A stretch of 64,000 bases of DNA. Origin: Clostridia bacterium (GTDB taxonomy: Bacteria > Bacillota > Clostridia > Lachnospirales > JAOARL01). How positions within the stretch are numbered: the stretch's first letter is position 1; every line of letters begins with the position of its first letter. This document shows positions 56,804-64,000 of the stretch, one piece after another. The stretch covers positions 72,883-136,882 of the forward strand of contig JAOARL010000020.1 of assembly GCA_025210555.1 (NCBI GenBank). The letters run 5' to 3'. Below the pieces are notes generated by a model that worked only from the letters and a program-made list of their open reading frames with translations, was not told where the DNA came from and made no database searches. The position numbers and the translations under genes are program-made.

Positions 56804-57097
56804 ATGAAAAAATATTTACTTTTACTACTTATATGGGTTGGTTATATGCAAATGGAAGGAAACATTGATGTTAATGAAATAATATCGGATGTTGCAAGCG
56901 GTTCATTTATGACAGAATCTGACTCGGAGGATTCAAATGGTGTTAATGAATTAATGGATAAGATTATCGAATCATTTGATGGAGAGTTGACAAAAGCGGA
57001 AAAAGAAGAATTAAAAAAAGATTTAGAAGAACTAAAAAAAGAAAATCCAGATGCAGAAATTGAAGATTTGGAAATAGCTGATTTGAGAGATTATTAA
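56804..57097 (+). CDS. Hypothetical small exported acidic protein (97 aa)
   Basis: RBS TAGGAGG. N-terminal hydrophobic segment, then an Asp/Glu-rich tail. Confidence 0.45.
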   Translation: MKKYLLLLLIWVGYMQMEGNIDVNEIISDVASGSFMTESDSEDSNGVNELMDKIIESFDGELTKAEKEELKKDLEELKKENPDAEIEDLEIADLRDY

Positions 57098-57100
57098 TAA

Positions 57101-57136
57101 AAAAATAAGTCATGACATAAGTCATGACTTTTATTT
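57101..57136. terminator. Bidirectional terminator (between the + strand operon and rplT)
   Basis: AAGTCATGAC-ATAA-GTCATGACTT perfect 10-bp stem flanked by A- and T-runs. Confidence 0.85.
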
Positions 57137-57139
57137 TTA

Positions 57140-57496
57140 TTATTTTAAGTTAGCTTTTGCAGTTTCAACTACTTGAGCGAAAGCAGCCATATCGTTTACA
57201 GCCATTTCAGAAAGCATTTTTCTGTTGATGTTAACGTTAGCTTTTTTAAGTCCACCCATTAATTTACTATATGATAATCCATTCATTCTAGCAGCAGCAT
57301 TGATTCTAGTAATCCAAAGACTTCTAAAATCTCTTTTCTTAAGCTTTCTACCAATGTAAGAATACTTCATTGACTTCATTACAGCTTGCTTTGCTGTTTT
57401 GAATTGCTTAGATTTTGCTCCTCTATATCCTTTAGCTAATTTTAAAATTTTCTTGTGTGATTTTTTTGCGTTTAATCCGCCTTTAACTCTTGCCAT
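57140..57496 (-). CDS. rplT: 50S ribosomal protein L20
   Basis: MARVKGG..A...HKKILK.AKGYRG. Confidence 0.97.
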   Translation of the reverse strand: MARVKGGLNAKKSHKKILKLAKGYRGAKSKQFKTAKQAVMKSMKYSYIGRKLKKRDFRSLWITRINAAARMNGLSYSKLMGGLKKANVNINRKMLSEMAVNDMAAFAQVVETAKANLK

Positions 57497-57514
57497 TTAC
57501 TTTCCCTCCTTATC

Positions 57515-57712
57515 TTATCCGTATGGTAATAATCTTTTTATTTGAGCTACATTTGAACTATCAGTCATAGTTCCTTTTCTAAGATTTCTTTTTCTCTTAG
57601 CACTTTTCTTTGTTAAAATATGGCTTGTATAAGCTTTGTTTCTCTTAAGCTTACCAGTACCTGTGAATTTGAAACGCTTAGCAGCGCCTTTGTGTGTTTT
57701 TAATTTAGGCAT
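57515..57712 (-). CDS. rpmI: 50S ribosomal protein L35
   Basis: [24 protein letters not shown]. Confidence 0.97.
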   Translation of the reverse strand: MPKLKTHKGAAKRFKFTGTGKLKRNKAYTSHILTKKSAKRKRNLRKGTMTDSSNVAQIKRLLPYG

Positions 57713-57735
57713 AATAATTATCCTCCTTTAATAAA

Positions 57736-58251
57736 CTAGTTTTTTGGTGCTATTACAGCTATAATGCTTCTGCCTTCTAATTTAGCAGGTTTATCAATCT
57801 TTGCAAACTCTTCAGCATCTTTAATGAAATTACTCATTATAGTAAGTCCAATATCTTTGTAAGCTATTTCTCTACCTCTAAATCTGATAGATAATTTAAC
57901 TTTGTTACCTGCTGAAATAAACTTTTTTGTTTGATTAAGTTTGATTTCTAAATCGTGTTTTTCAATTTTCGCACTTAATCTAACTTCTTTGATACTTACG
58001 GTCTTTTGTTTTTTCTTAGCTTCTTTTTCTTTCTTAGCTAATTCAAAACGATATTTACCGAAATCAATTATTTTGCAAACTGGTGGATTAGCATTTGGTG
58101 AAATCAGAACTAAATCAAGTTCTTTTTCATCAGCAATTTTTTGAGCATCCTTTGCAGGCATAACCCCTAAAGCTTCTCCCTCAGCTGAGATAACACGTAC
58201 CTCTTTAGCGCGAATTTGTTCATTGATTAAAACATCATTACTTTTCTTAAT
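57736..58251 (-). CDS. infC: Translation initiation factor IF-3, ATT start codon
   Basis: On the - strand, TAGGAGGTG, then 7 nt, then ATT AAG AAA (IKKSNDVLINEQIRAKEVRVI...). The track ORF (to 58305) is an artefactual 5' extension through the leader. Confidence 0.9.
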   Translation of the reverse strand: MKKSNDVLINEQIRAKEVRVISAEGEALGVMPAKDAQKIADEKELDLVLISPNANPPVCKIIDFGKYRFELAKKEKEAKKKQKTVSIKEVRLSAKIEKHDLEIKLNQTKKFISAGNKVKLSIRFRGREIAYKDIGLTIMSNFIKDAEEFAKIDKPAKLEGRSIIAVIAPKN

Positions 58252-58395
58252 AGTAAAGCACCTCCTAAAATCAACAAAAAAAGTGGATCTGCGATCTGCA
58301 TCCACCTATAGTATATTTTCTACTAAGTATTAACCATATGACTAGTGTGCCATAGGTGAGAGTGGATACCTCTTCTTGTTGTGATATTTAACATA
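58252..58395 (-). promoter_or_regulatory. infC-rpmI-rplT leader with intrinsic-terminator-type attenuator (candidate L20 leader)
   Basis: On the - strand, GTGGAT-GCAGATCGCAG-ATCCAC followed by TTTTTTT (about 58276-58305) lies just upstream of the infC RBS. An upstream GTATCCAC could form an alternative pairing. Confidence 0.5.
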
Positions 58396-58399
58396 GAAA

Positions 58400-58428
58400 A
58401 TAATAACATATATAATGCAGTGTGTCAA
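58400..58428 (-). promoter_or_regulatory. Sigma-A-type promoter of the infC operon
   Basis: On the - strand: TTGACA (58428-58423), 17-nt spacer, TATTAT (58405-58400). Confidence 0.55.
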
Positions 58429-58527
58429 TGCCTAAGATATAAAATATTACAATAGTTTTACGTATCTTGAAAAATGTAATGTTTTTTGATAAAATTAATT
58501 AAGAAAACTTAAGAAGCAGGTGACGAG

Positions 58528-59460
58528 ATGACAAGCACTGTAAATGTTGAAAAGAGATGTATGTCGAATATGCTAAGTTCTACAAATGTTTATTTTGGAG
58601 GGCAGCATTTTTATTTGGAACTTCCAGAAATAGATCTTGTTTACGTGGAGCTAGATGCTCTTAAGGAAAAACTAATAAAAGAAGTTAGTGCTTGCTATAA
58701 TAAAACTGTTAAGATGGGCTTTGCAATTAATGATAAAGAAGTATTAGTATCGATAACTCAAAAGTATACTAAAAATATTATAGGACAACTTATTAAAAAA
58801 GCTGAAGGCCACTATAAACCAGAAGTAGCTAAGTTTTTAAGTGAATTATATGATGGTAGAAAAATAATAAAATTTGTTGAAGAAGCAGACGCAATAGAGG
58901 CTAGAGAGTTAGAAAAAATACAATTATCTAATATCGAGCATAAAGAGAAAGCAGATTTCAATGAAATTGTAGAAAATATGATAAAAGAATTTAAAGAAGC
59001 ATTTGTATTCATGCCTATGAGTGATTATGTTAAACTTAAGAAGTTTATAATGAAGAAGGCAGCACAAATATATGAAGAGAACAAAGAAAGTTTTGAAAAG
59101 CCACTTAATTACATAAGAGGGTATAACATAAAAGAGAAAGCAGAAGCTTTTAAAGAAAAAGTAGATACTACAAAGAAAAGGGTAGCATGGAAATTATTAA
59201 AAGCTGATTATAAGTTTAAAAAGAATATGAGAGTTCTTAAAGCGGAAGTAGAAGTTCAAATTGGAAATATAAAAGAAAAAATGAATGTGTTATTTAATAG
59301 TAAAAATGTTACTAGTGAAAAGTATATAAAGCATGAACTTTTTGAAATGGAAGATCTATCAAGTATAGTAGATGTAAAGAAAGCTGCTTTAGAAGAACAA
59401 TATGAGCAAAATTCAATTGAATTTGGAGAACTTGATTTAGAAGAAGAAAATGTAATGTAA
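58528..59460 (+). CDS. Hypothetical Lys/Glu-rich protein (310 aa)
   Basis: RBS AGGTGA. No TM and no recognisable motif. Own terminator. Confidence 0.5.
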   Translation: MTSTVNVEKRCMSNMLSSTNVYFGGQHFYLELPEIDLVYVELDALKEKLIKEVSACYNKTVKMGFAINDKEVLVSITQKYTKNIIGQLIKKAEGHYKPEVAKFLSELYDGRKIIKFVEEADAIEARELEKIQLSNIEHKEKADFNEIVENMIKEFKEAFVFMPMSDYVKLKKFIMKKAAQIYEENKESFEKPLNYIRGYNIKEKAEAFKEKVDTTKKRVAWKLLKADYKFKKNMRVLKAEVEVQIGNIKEKMNVLFNSKNVTSEKYIKHELFEMEDLSSIVDVKKAALEEQYEQNSIEFGELDLEEENVM

Positions 59461-59464
59461 ATTA

Positions 59465-59498
59465 AAAGAGTAGGCTATAAGTCTACTCTTATTTTTTT
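59465..59498. terminator. Terminator between convergent genes
   Basis: AAGAGTAGGC-TATAA-GTCTACTCTT then ATTTTTTT. Confidence 0.75.
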
Positions 59499-59499
59499 G

Positions 59500-59874
59500 C
59501 TATTTAACTTTTTTGATTCCCACAATGTATATACCTGCAACTTCTGCAACTATAGTTTTCTTTTCTGGTAATGTTTTGTATATCTTATCATCACATAAAA
59601 GAGTCATCACTTGAGAACCAACTTTAGCTTTTACTAAAGCAACTTTTCTATTTCTCATTAATTTAGGAATTTGCTCTAGAGCTCCCTTAGGAAGTTTTGC
59701 ATTACTAAGCTTATCCTTCTTTTTAGATATGATAAAAAGCTGCATAGATTGCTTATATTCATCAATCATAGATTGCTGAGAATTTAATTGATCTTTAATT
59801 CTGTTTTTAAATACAAAGTATAATAATACTAATATTAAAAGTATTACTCCTACTACTGTAAGAAAAATTTGCAT
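59500..59874 (-). CDS. Hypothetical single-pass membrane protein
   Basis: N-terminal TM (IFLTVVGVILLILVLLYFVF). Start taken at the ATG one nt after the upstream gene's stop codon; the track start is a GTG abutting the RBS. Confidence 0.5.
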   Translation of the reverse strand: MQIFLTVVGVILLILVLLYFVFKNRIKDQLNSQQSMIDEYKQSMQLFIISKKKDKLSNAKLPKGALEQIPKLMRNRKVALVKAKVGSQVMTLLCDDKIYKTLPEKKTIVAEVAGIYIVGIKKVK

Positions 59875-59875
59875 A

Positions 59876-61054
59876 TTATTCACTCTCCTTATTTTCTAGT
59901 TCGTCGTTATTTGGTACATACTTATTTAATAAGTGATTACTTATAAATTTATTAACAAATACTTTAATAATAACAAATATTGGAACACCAAGGAACATAC
60001 CTAATACTCCAAATAGAGTTCCACCTGTTAAAATTGCAAATATAACCCAAAGTGGGTTAAGCCCTGTTGATTCTCCAAGAATTTTAGGACCAAGTACAAT
60101 TCCATCAAATTGTTGTAGTACAAATATAAAGAATCCTACCCACATTGCTTGTGTTGGTGTAGATGTTGCAAGTGTAATAATGATTGCTGGAATGGCACCA
60201 ATAAAAGGTCCAAAATAAGGAATCATATTTGTTATTGCAACAATTAAAGCTATTACAAAAGATGCTTCTACATTAAAAGATGCAAGTACTATATAACATA
60301 TAATACCTATAATAGATGAATCTAATGTCTTTCCAACATAAAAATCTGTAAATGCTTTATGAAAATCCAAACAAGTATAAATTATTTTTTTTGCAGTATG
60401 CTTATCTAAGAATATAAAAAGCCCTTTAATTGTATTCTTTAAGAACTTTTCTTTTCCAACTATTAAGTAGAATGATATAACTAATCCCATTAATAATCTA
60501 AAGAAACCAGTCGCTGCATTTGAAATCGCTTTTGTAAGTGAAACAATTGCATCTTTATCAGAGGAAAAGATGCTACTAAAGAATGAAGAAAAACCTTCAG
60601 TTAAATTCTTAACTTGACCTTCAGTGAAAATCTTTGTTTCTACAATTAGATCACCTAATTTTGAGAAACCACCATCTGATAATATCTTTTGCTCTGTTAA
60701 TAGTTTTTGTAATTGTGGAACAAGATTTATAAATAATCCAGCCACAAGTATAGCTACGATAGAATAAACAGTTATTGTAGAAAAAATTCTACGAATATAT
60801 CTATTTTTGTCGAATATTTTTCCATATAATTTTCTATCAAAGAAATTTACTAATGGAACTAACAAATATGCTATAAATACACCATATATAAATGGTGATA
60901 ATATTATTAAAGTATAATCTAAAATAATTTTTAATATTGCAAAAAAGTTTCCAAGTTGATCAAACATTTTAAAAAAAGTGATTGATGCAACAATAACTAA
61001 TAAAGCATATTTTGAAATATTTAAATATTTTTCATCATTGAAAAACTTAATCAT
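59876..61054 (-). CDS. AI-2E family transporter (PerM/UPF0118)
   Basis: About 8 TM helices. Conserved ..IPY.GP.IG..P........... and NPL.V....L.GG..FG..G motifs. Start at the ATG behind AGGAGGGG. Confidence 0.85.
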   Translation of the reverse strand: MIKFFNDEKYLNISKYALLVIVASITFFKMFDQLGNFFAILKIILDYTLIILSPFIYGVFIAYLLVPLVNFFDRKLYGKIFDKNRYIRRIFSTITVYSIVAILVAGLFINLVPQLQKLLTEQKILSDGGFSKLGDLIVETKIFTEGQVKNLTEGFSSFFSSIFSSDKDAIVSLTKAISNAATGFFRLLMGLVISFYLIVGKEKFLKNTIKGLFIFLDKHTAKKIIYTCLDFHKAFTDFYVGKTLDSSIIGIICYIVLASFNVEASFVIALIVAITNMIPYFGPFIGAIPAIIITLATSTPTQAMWVGFFIFVLQQFDGIVLGPKILGESTGLNPLWVIFAILTGGTLFGVLGMFLGVPIFVIIKVFVNKFISNHLLNKYVPNNDELENKESE

Positions 61055-61185
61055 AAAACCCCTCCTAAACATAATTTTCTAAGTATGATTATAATATAAA
61101 AAGCGCTAATAATCTATCTAATTGATGAAATGAAACTAAATTTTAATAATTAGTAAAAAAGTAACAGAAAAGTAACAAAATTTAG

Positions 61186-61213
61186 TTTACATATTTCATG
61201 GTTTTGATATAAT
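61186..61213 (+). promoter_or_regulatory. Sigma-A-type promoter with an extended -10
   Basis: TTTACA (61186-61191), 16-nt spacer, TGaTATAAT (61205-61213). Confidence 0.45.
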
Positions 61214-61244
61214 TAACTTACCAAACTTATAAGGAGGGCATTAA

Positions 61245-63161
61245 ATGCAAAAAGGGCTAATATACACGGTTGAGGAAAATTGTGTAGGATGTAACTCATG
61301 TATCAGAAGCTGTCCAGTTGCAACAGCAAATGTTGCTGAATTGCAAGGGGACGGAACAGCAAAAATTCATATCGATTATGATAGCTGTATTCATTGTGGA
61401 AAATGTATAGACGTATGTAATCACGAAGCAAGAGAATATAGAGATGATATAGATAGATTTTTTGAAGATCTTGAAAAAGGAAAGGTAATATCACTGGTGG
61501 TAGCACCAGCAATAAGAACTAACTTTGTTACAAATTATAAGAATCTTTTTGGATTTTTAAAATCAAAAGGTGTAAATTTAATTTATGATACTTCGTTTGG
61601 AGCAGAAATCACAACGTGGGCATATATTAAAAAAATAACAGAAAATGGACTTGAGGGAACTATATCTCAACCTTGTCCAGCAATTGTTAATTACATTGAA
61701 AAATTTGAAGATGGACTTATAAAGAAATTAGCACCAGTGCACAGTCCAATGATGTGTACAGCAGTATATATGAGAGAATATGATGGAATAAAAGATAATA
61801 TTGCATTTATTTCACCGTGTATTGCTAAAACTGATGAGGTAAATGATGATAACACAGATAAATATGCAAGCTATAATATAACATTTAAAAAATTAGATGA
61901 ATATATTAAGAAAAATGGAATAAATTTAAACCAATACGAAAGTGCAAATTTCGATGATATGGGACATGGATTTGGAGCGGTATTTCCAAGGCCAGGAGGA
62001 CTTAAAGAAAATGTATTATACCATGTACCAGCAGCTTGGGTAAGACAAGTTGAGGGACAAGGTGAAGTATATGAGTATTTTGGAGAGTATGATGAGAGGG
62101 TAAACAATACAAGCAAGAGTTTACCACTACTTGTTGATGCACTTAATTGTCCGCATGGGTGTAACATGGGAACAGGAACTAAAAAAGAAGTTTCAATAGA
62201 TGATATTGATGAAATTATGGATATAAAGAGGTTGCAAGCAAAAGGTCAAGAAAAAGGTATGCTTAAGAAGAAGTATATGCTTTTTGAAGATTTTAACAAG
62301 AATTTAGATGTTGAAAAGTTTGTAAGAGATTATGATAATAAGTCAATAAAGGTAAAAGTGCCTACTAAATTAGAAATTGAATCAGAGTATGAAAAGTTAT
62401 ATAAAGTTACAACTGAAGACAAGAAAATAGATTGTTCAGCTTGTGGTTATGAGAGCTGTGAGGATATGGCAGTTGCAATGGCGAGAGGAATAAATACTAA
62501 AGAAAATTGTATTTACTATAATAGAAAATTAGTAGAGCATGAAAAAATGGGAATAGAAGATAAAAATAAAGAAATAGAACAGGTTCTTGAAGAGGTTAAA
62601 ACATTAAGTTCTGAAAGAGAAAAATCTGCAAAAGAACTTCAAAAGAGCGTTCAATCTATAACAAGTGCACTTACAGAAGTTTCAAGTGGAAATGAAAATA
62701 CTACAAATGAAATAGATATGATTGGAAGAAAGATTGAAAACATAGTTAAACTTTCAAATGAACTAAAAAGTGTTGTAGGAGTAATAGAAGAAGATATTGA
62801 GAAGTATATTAAATCTTCAGAGGCAATTGTTAAGATTGCAGGACAAACAAACTTACTTTCACTTAATGCGTCAATTGAAGCAGCTAGAGCTGGAGAACAT
62901 GGAAAAGGTTTTGCGGTTGTTGCAGAGGAAGTAAGAAATCTTTCAGAGGAAACAAAAATTTCAGCAGAGTCAACTCAGAATAATAATGAGGAGTTAAAGA
63001 ACATTATAGATAAGATTTCTGGGATGTCTGACGAAATAGAAACAGAAATGGAAGAAATAAATGATGCTATTCAAAGTATTGCAGCTCAATCAGAAGAGAT
63101 TACAGCTAATACTCAAGAAATAGCAGCAGTGGCAAATACAATTGCTAATAAGGAAAATTAA
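61245..63161 (+). CDS. Soluble methyl-accepting chemotaxis protein with an [FeFe]-hydrogenase-like (H-cluster) sensor domain
   Basis: Two CxxCxxCxxxCP ferredoxin motifs. H-cluster motifs SQPCP (Cys codon 61674), SPCIAKTDE (Cys 61818), [11 protein letters not shown] (Cys 62148 and 62160). [13 protein letters not shown] FeS motif. MCP hairpin [37 protein letters not shown]. No TM. Confidence 0.85.
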   Translation: MQKGLIYTVEENCVGCNSCIRSCPVATANVAELQGDGTAKIHIDYDSCIHCGKCIDVCNHEAREYRDDIDRFFEDLEKGKVISLVVAPAIRTNFVTNYKNLFGFLKSKGVNLIYDTSFGAEITTWAYIKKITENGLEGTISQPCPAIVNYIEKFEDGLIKKLAPVHSPMMCTAVYMREYDGIKDNIAFISPCIAKTDEVNDDNTDKYASYNITFKKLDEYIKKNGINLNQYESANFDDMGHGFGAVFPRPGGLKENVLYHVPAAWVRQVEGQGEVYEYFGEYDERVNNTSKSLPLLVDALNCPHGCNMGTGTKKEVSIDDIDEIMDIKRLQAKGQEKGMLKKKYMLFEDFNKNLDVEKFVRDYDNKSIKVKVPTKLEIESEYEKLYKVTTEDKKIDCSACGYESCEDMAVAMARGINTKENCIYYNRKLVEHEKMGIEDKNKEIEQVLEEVKTLSSEREKSAKELQKSVQSITSALTEVSSGNENTTNEIDMIGRKIENIVKLSNELKSVVGVIEEDIEKYIKSSEAIVKIAGQTNLLSLNASIEAARAGEHGKGFAVVAEEVRNLSEETKISAESTQNNNEELKNIIDKISGMSDEIETEMEEINDAIQSIAAQSEEITANTQEIAAVANTIANKEN

Positions 63162-63164
63162 GAA

Positions 63165-63192
63165 GAGATTGCTAATAGCAATCTTTTTTTGT
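63165..63192 (+). terminator. Rho-independent terminator
   Basis: AGAGATTGCT-AAT-AGCAATCTTT then T-run. Confidence 0.8.
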
Positions 63193-63307
63193 GAAATAAA
63201 TTAATAAAAATATCACTAAAGTAGAAAAAAGTCTTGAGATTTTTTCGACTTAATAGGTATAATTAAAATAGTTATAAAAATATATTAGTACACTAAGGAG
63301 CGAGGGT

Positions 63308-63487
63308 ATGAATAAAGAAGAAAGAGAAAGTTGTATACAAAAATTTATAGATGAAGTAAATGCAGCTAATTACTCAGAAAGTCCTATAAACCAAAGATTT
63401 GACGGGACATTAGTAGATGATAATGGAAATCCATTAGGAAAAGAAAAAGCGGAGCAAGATCTTGGGGAAATTGAGGTAACAGCATAA
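63308..63487 (+). CDS. Possible small acidic protein (59 aa), not in the ORF track
   Basis: ATG 63308, 7 nt after AAGGAG. MNKEERESCIQKFIDEVNAANYSESPINQRFDGTLVDDNGNPLGKEKAEQDLGEIEVTA. Confidence 0.35.
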   Translation: MNKEERESCIQKFIDEVNAANYSESPINQRFDGTLVDDNGNPLGKEKAEQDLGEIEVTA

Positions 63488-63535
63488 TAATGTATTGATT
63501 TTTTTTGTGGTAAGTGATAAGCTTATATCGTTCAA

Positions 63536-63620
63536 GCAATTGTGGCGGAATTGGCATACGCGCTAGACTAAGGATCTAGTGCCCGTATAGGGCTTGAGGG
63601 TTCGAGTCCCTCCAATTGCA
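63536..63620 (+). tRNA. tRNA-Leu, class II, anticodon AAG (A34)
   Basis: Hand-folded. Acceptor GCAATTG/CAATTGC plus discriminator A. D-arm with GG. Anticodon stem CTAGA/TCTAG, loop C-T-AAG-G-A. Variable arm GCCC/GGGC. T-arm GAGGG-TTCGAGT-CCCTC. No encoded CCA. Confidence 0.85.
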
Positions 63621-63626
63621 TAGATG

Positions 63627-63650
63627 AAGAGTCAAATGACTCTTTTTTTA
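63627..63650 (+). terminator. Rho-independent terminator after the tRNA
   Basis: AAGAGTC-AAAT-GACTCTT then TTTTT. Confidence 0.8.
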
Positions 63651-63816
63651 TTGCTATAATGTTTACACTAAAAGTTATAGTTATAAATAGAATTATTAGA
63701 ATGAAATGCAAAACTTTATATTGGTAGATAGAGTATTACTTTTTTGATAGAAATAATATATATATTATTATTGTTGTGTTAGAATAAGATATATATAAAT
63801 AGAAAGGAAGTATACT

Positions 63817-64000
63817 ATGTTTATTAATTTAACAAATGAAGAGAAAGAAGATAGATTTGAGCAAATATTAAGTTATTCACAAAAAATAAAAAATCCTATA
63901 TTAAAAAAAGTTGCTATTAATATCTTAAATGATAAAAAGGATAAGATTTTCAAAATGGCTGCAGGAAATGATGGGATAGAAGGAAGAAAGGTTAGAAAAA
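63817..64000 (+). CDS. Hypothetical protein, 3'-truncated by the window edge
   Basis: ATG 63817 after GAAAGGAAG, open to the end of the window (MFINLTNEEKEDRFEQILSYSQKIKNPILKK...). Confidence 0.4.
   Translation, partial: MFINLTNEEKEDRFEQILSYSQKIKNPILKKVAINILNDKKDKIFKMAAGNDGIEGRKVRK

Noticed and set aside
1-64000. Search for mobile elements, prophage remnants, toxin-antitoxin pairs, restriction-modification or other defence systems
   Set aside because: I recognised no integrase, transposase, recombinase, terminal inverted repeats, phage structural genes, or typical TA/RM/defence domain signatures. By eye, composition is uniform across the window.

Overview
This 64-kb window is a chromosomal segment from a low-GC Firmicute, roughly 30% GC by eye (not computed), with Clostridia/Tissierellia-like gene content. 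It is dominated by housekeeping genes and is almost entirely + strand, which fits leading-strand co-orientation. The conserved blocks, in order, are:
- LemA/DUF3137 pair
- cysS-mrnC-rlmB-sigH
- mbl-flhO-flhP-flgJ-like
- rpsF-ssb-rpsR
- yybS-gdpP-rplI-dnaB
- ferredoxin
- pth-mfd-(FKBP lipoprotein)-hup-yabO-divIC-tilS-ftsH
- pcrA
- prfB, which has the classical +1 programmed frameshift that the ORF track splits
- tex
- znuABC-like zinc uptake
- tsaE-tsaB-rimI
- a Lon-like protease
- infC (ATT start)-rpmI-rplT on the - strand, with an attenuator-type leader
- an AI-2E transporter
- one tRNA-Leu

I saw no rRNA, CRISPR array, transposase, integrase, prophage or recognisable defence island. Accessory or lineage-specific content:
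- three SLH-domain or large repeat wall proteins
- a secreted ankyrin protein with a 75-bp tandem coding repeat
- a cytoplasmic LRR protein
- a membrane protein resembling a coupling-protein/HerA-type NTPase with an eroded P-loop
- several orphan hypotheticals

The most interesting items are:
1. A soluble chemoreceptor whose sensor is an [FeFe]-hydrogenase-like H-cluster domain lacking the proton-relay cysteine (61245-63161).
2. A tight cluster of DnaA boxes plus a sigma-D-type -10 element in front of mbl-flhO-flhP.
3. A class-II tRNA-Leu with an A34 (AAG) anticodon.
4. The eroded-P-loop membrane protein operon after the flagellar rod genes.

All functional calls come from reading the translated ORFs and motifs. 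No database search was possible.
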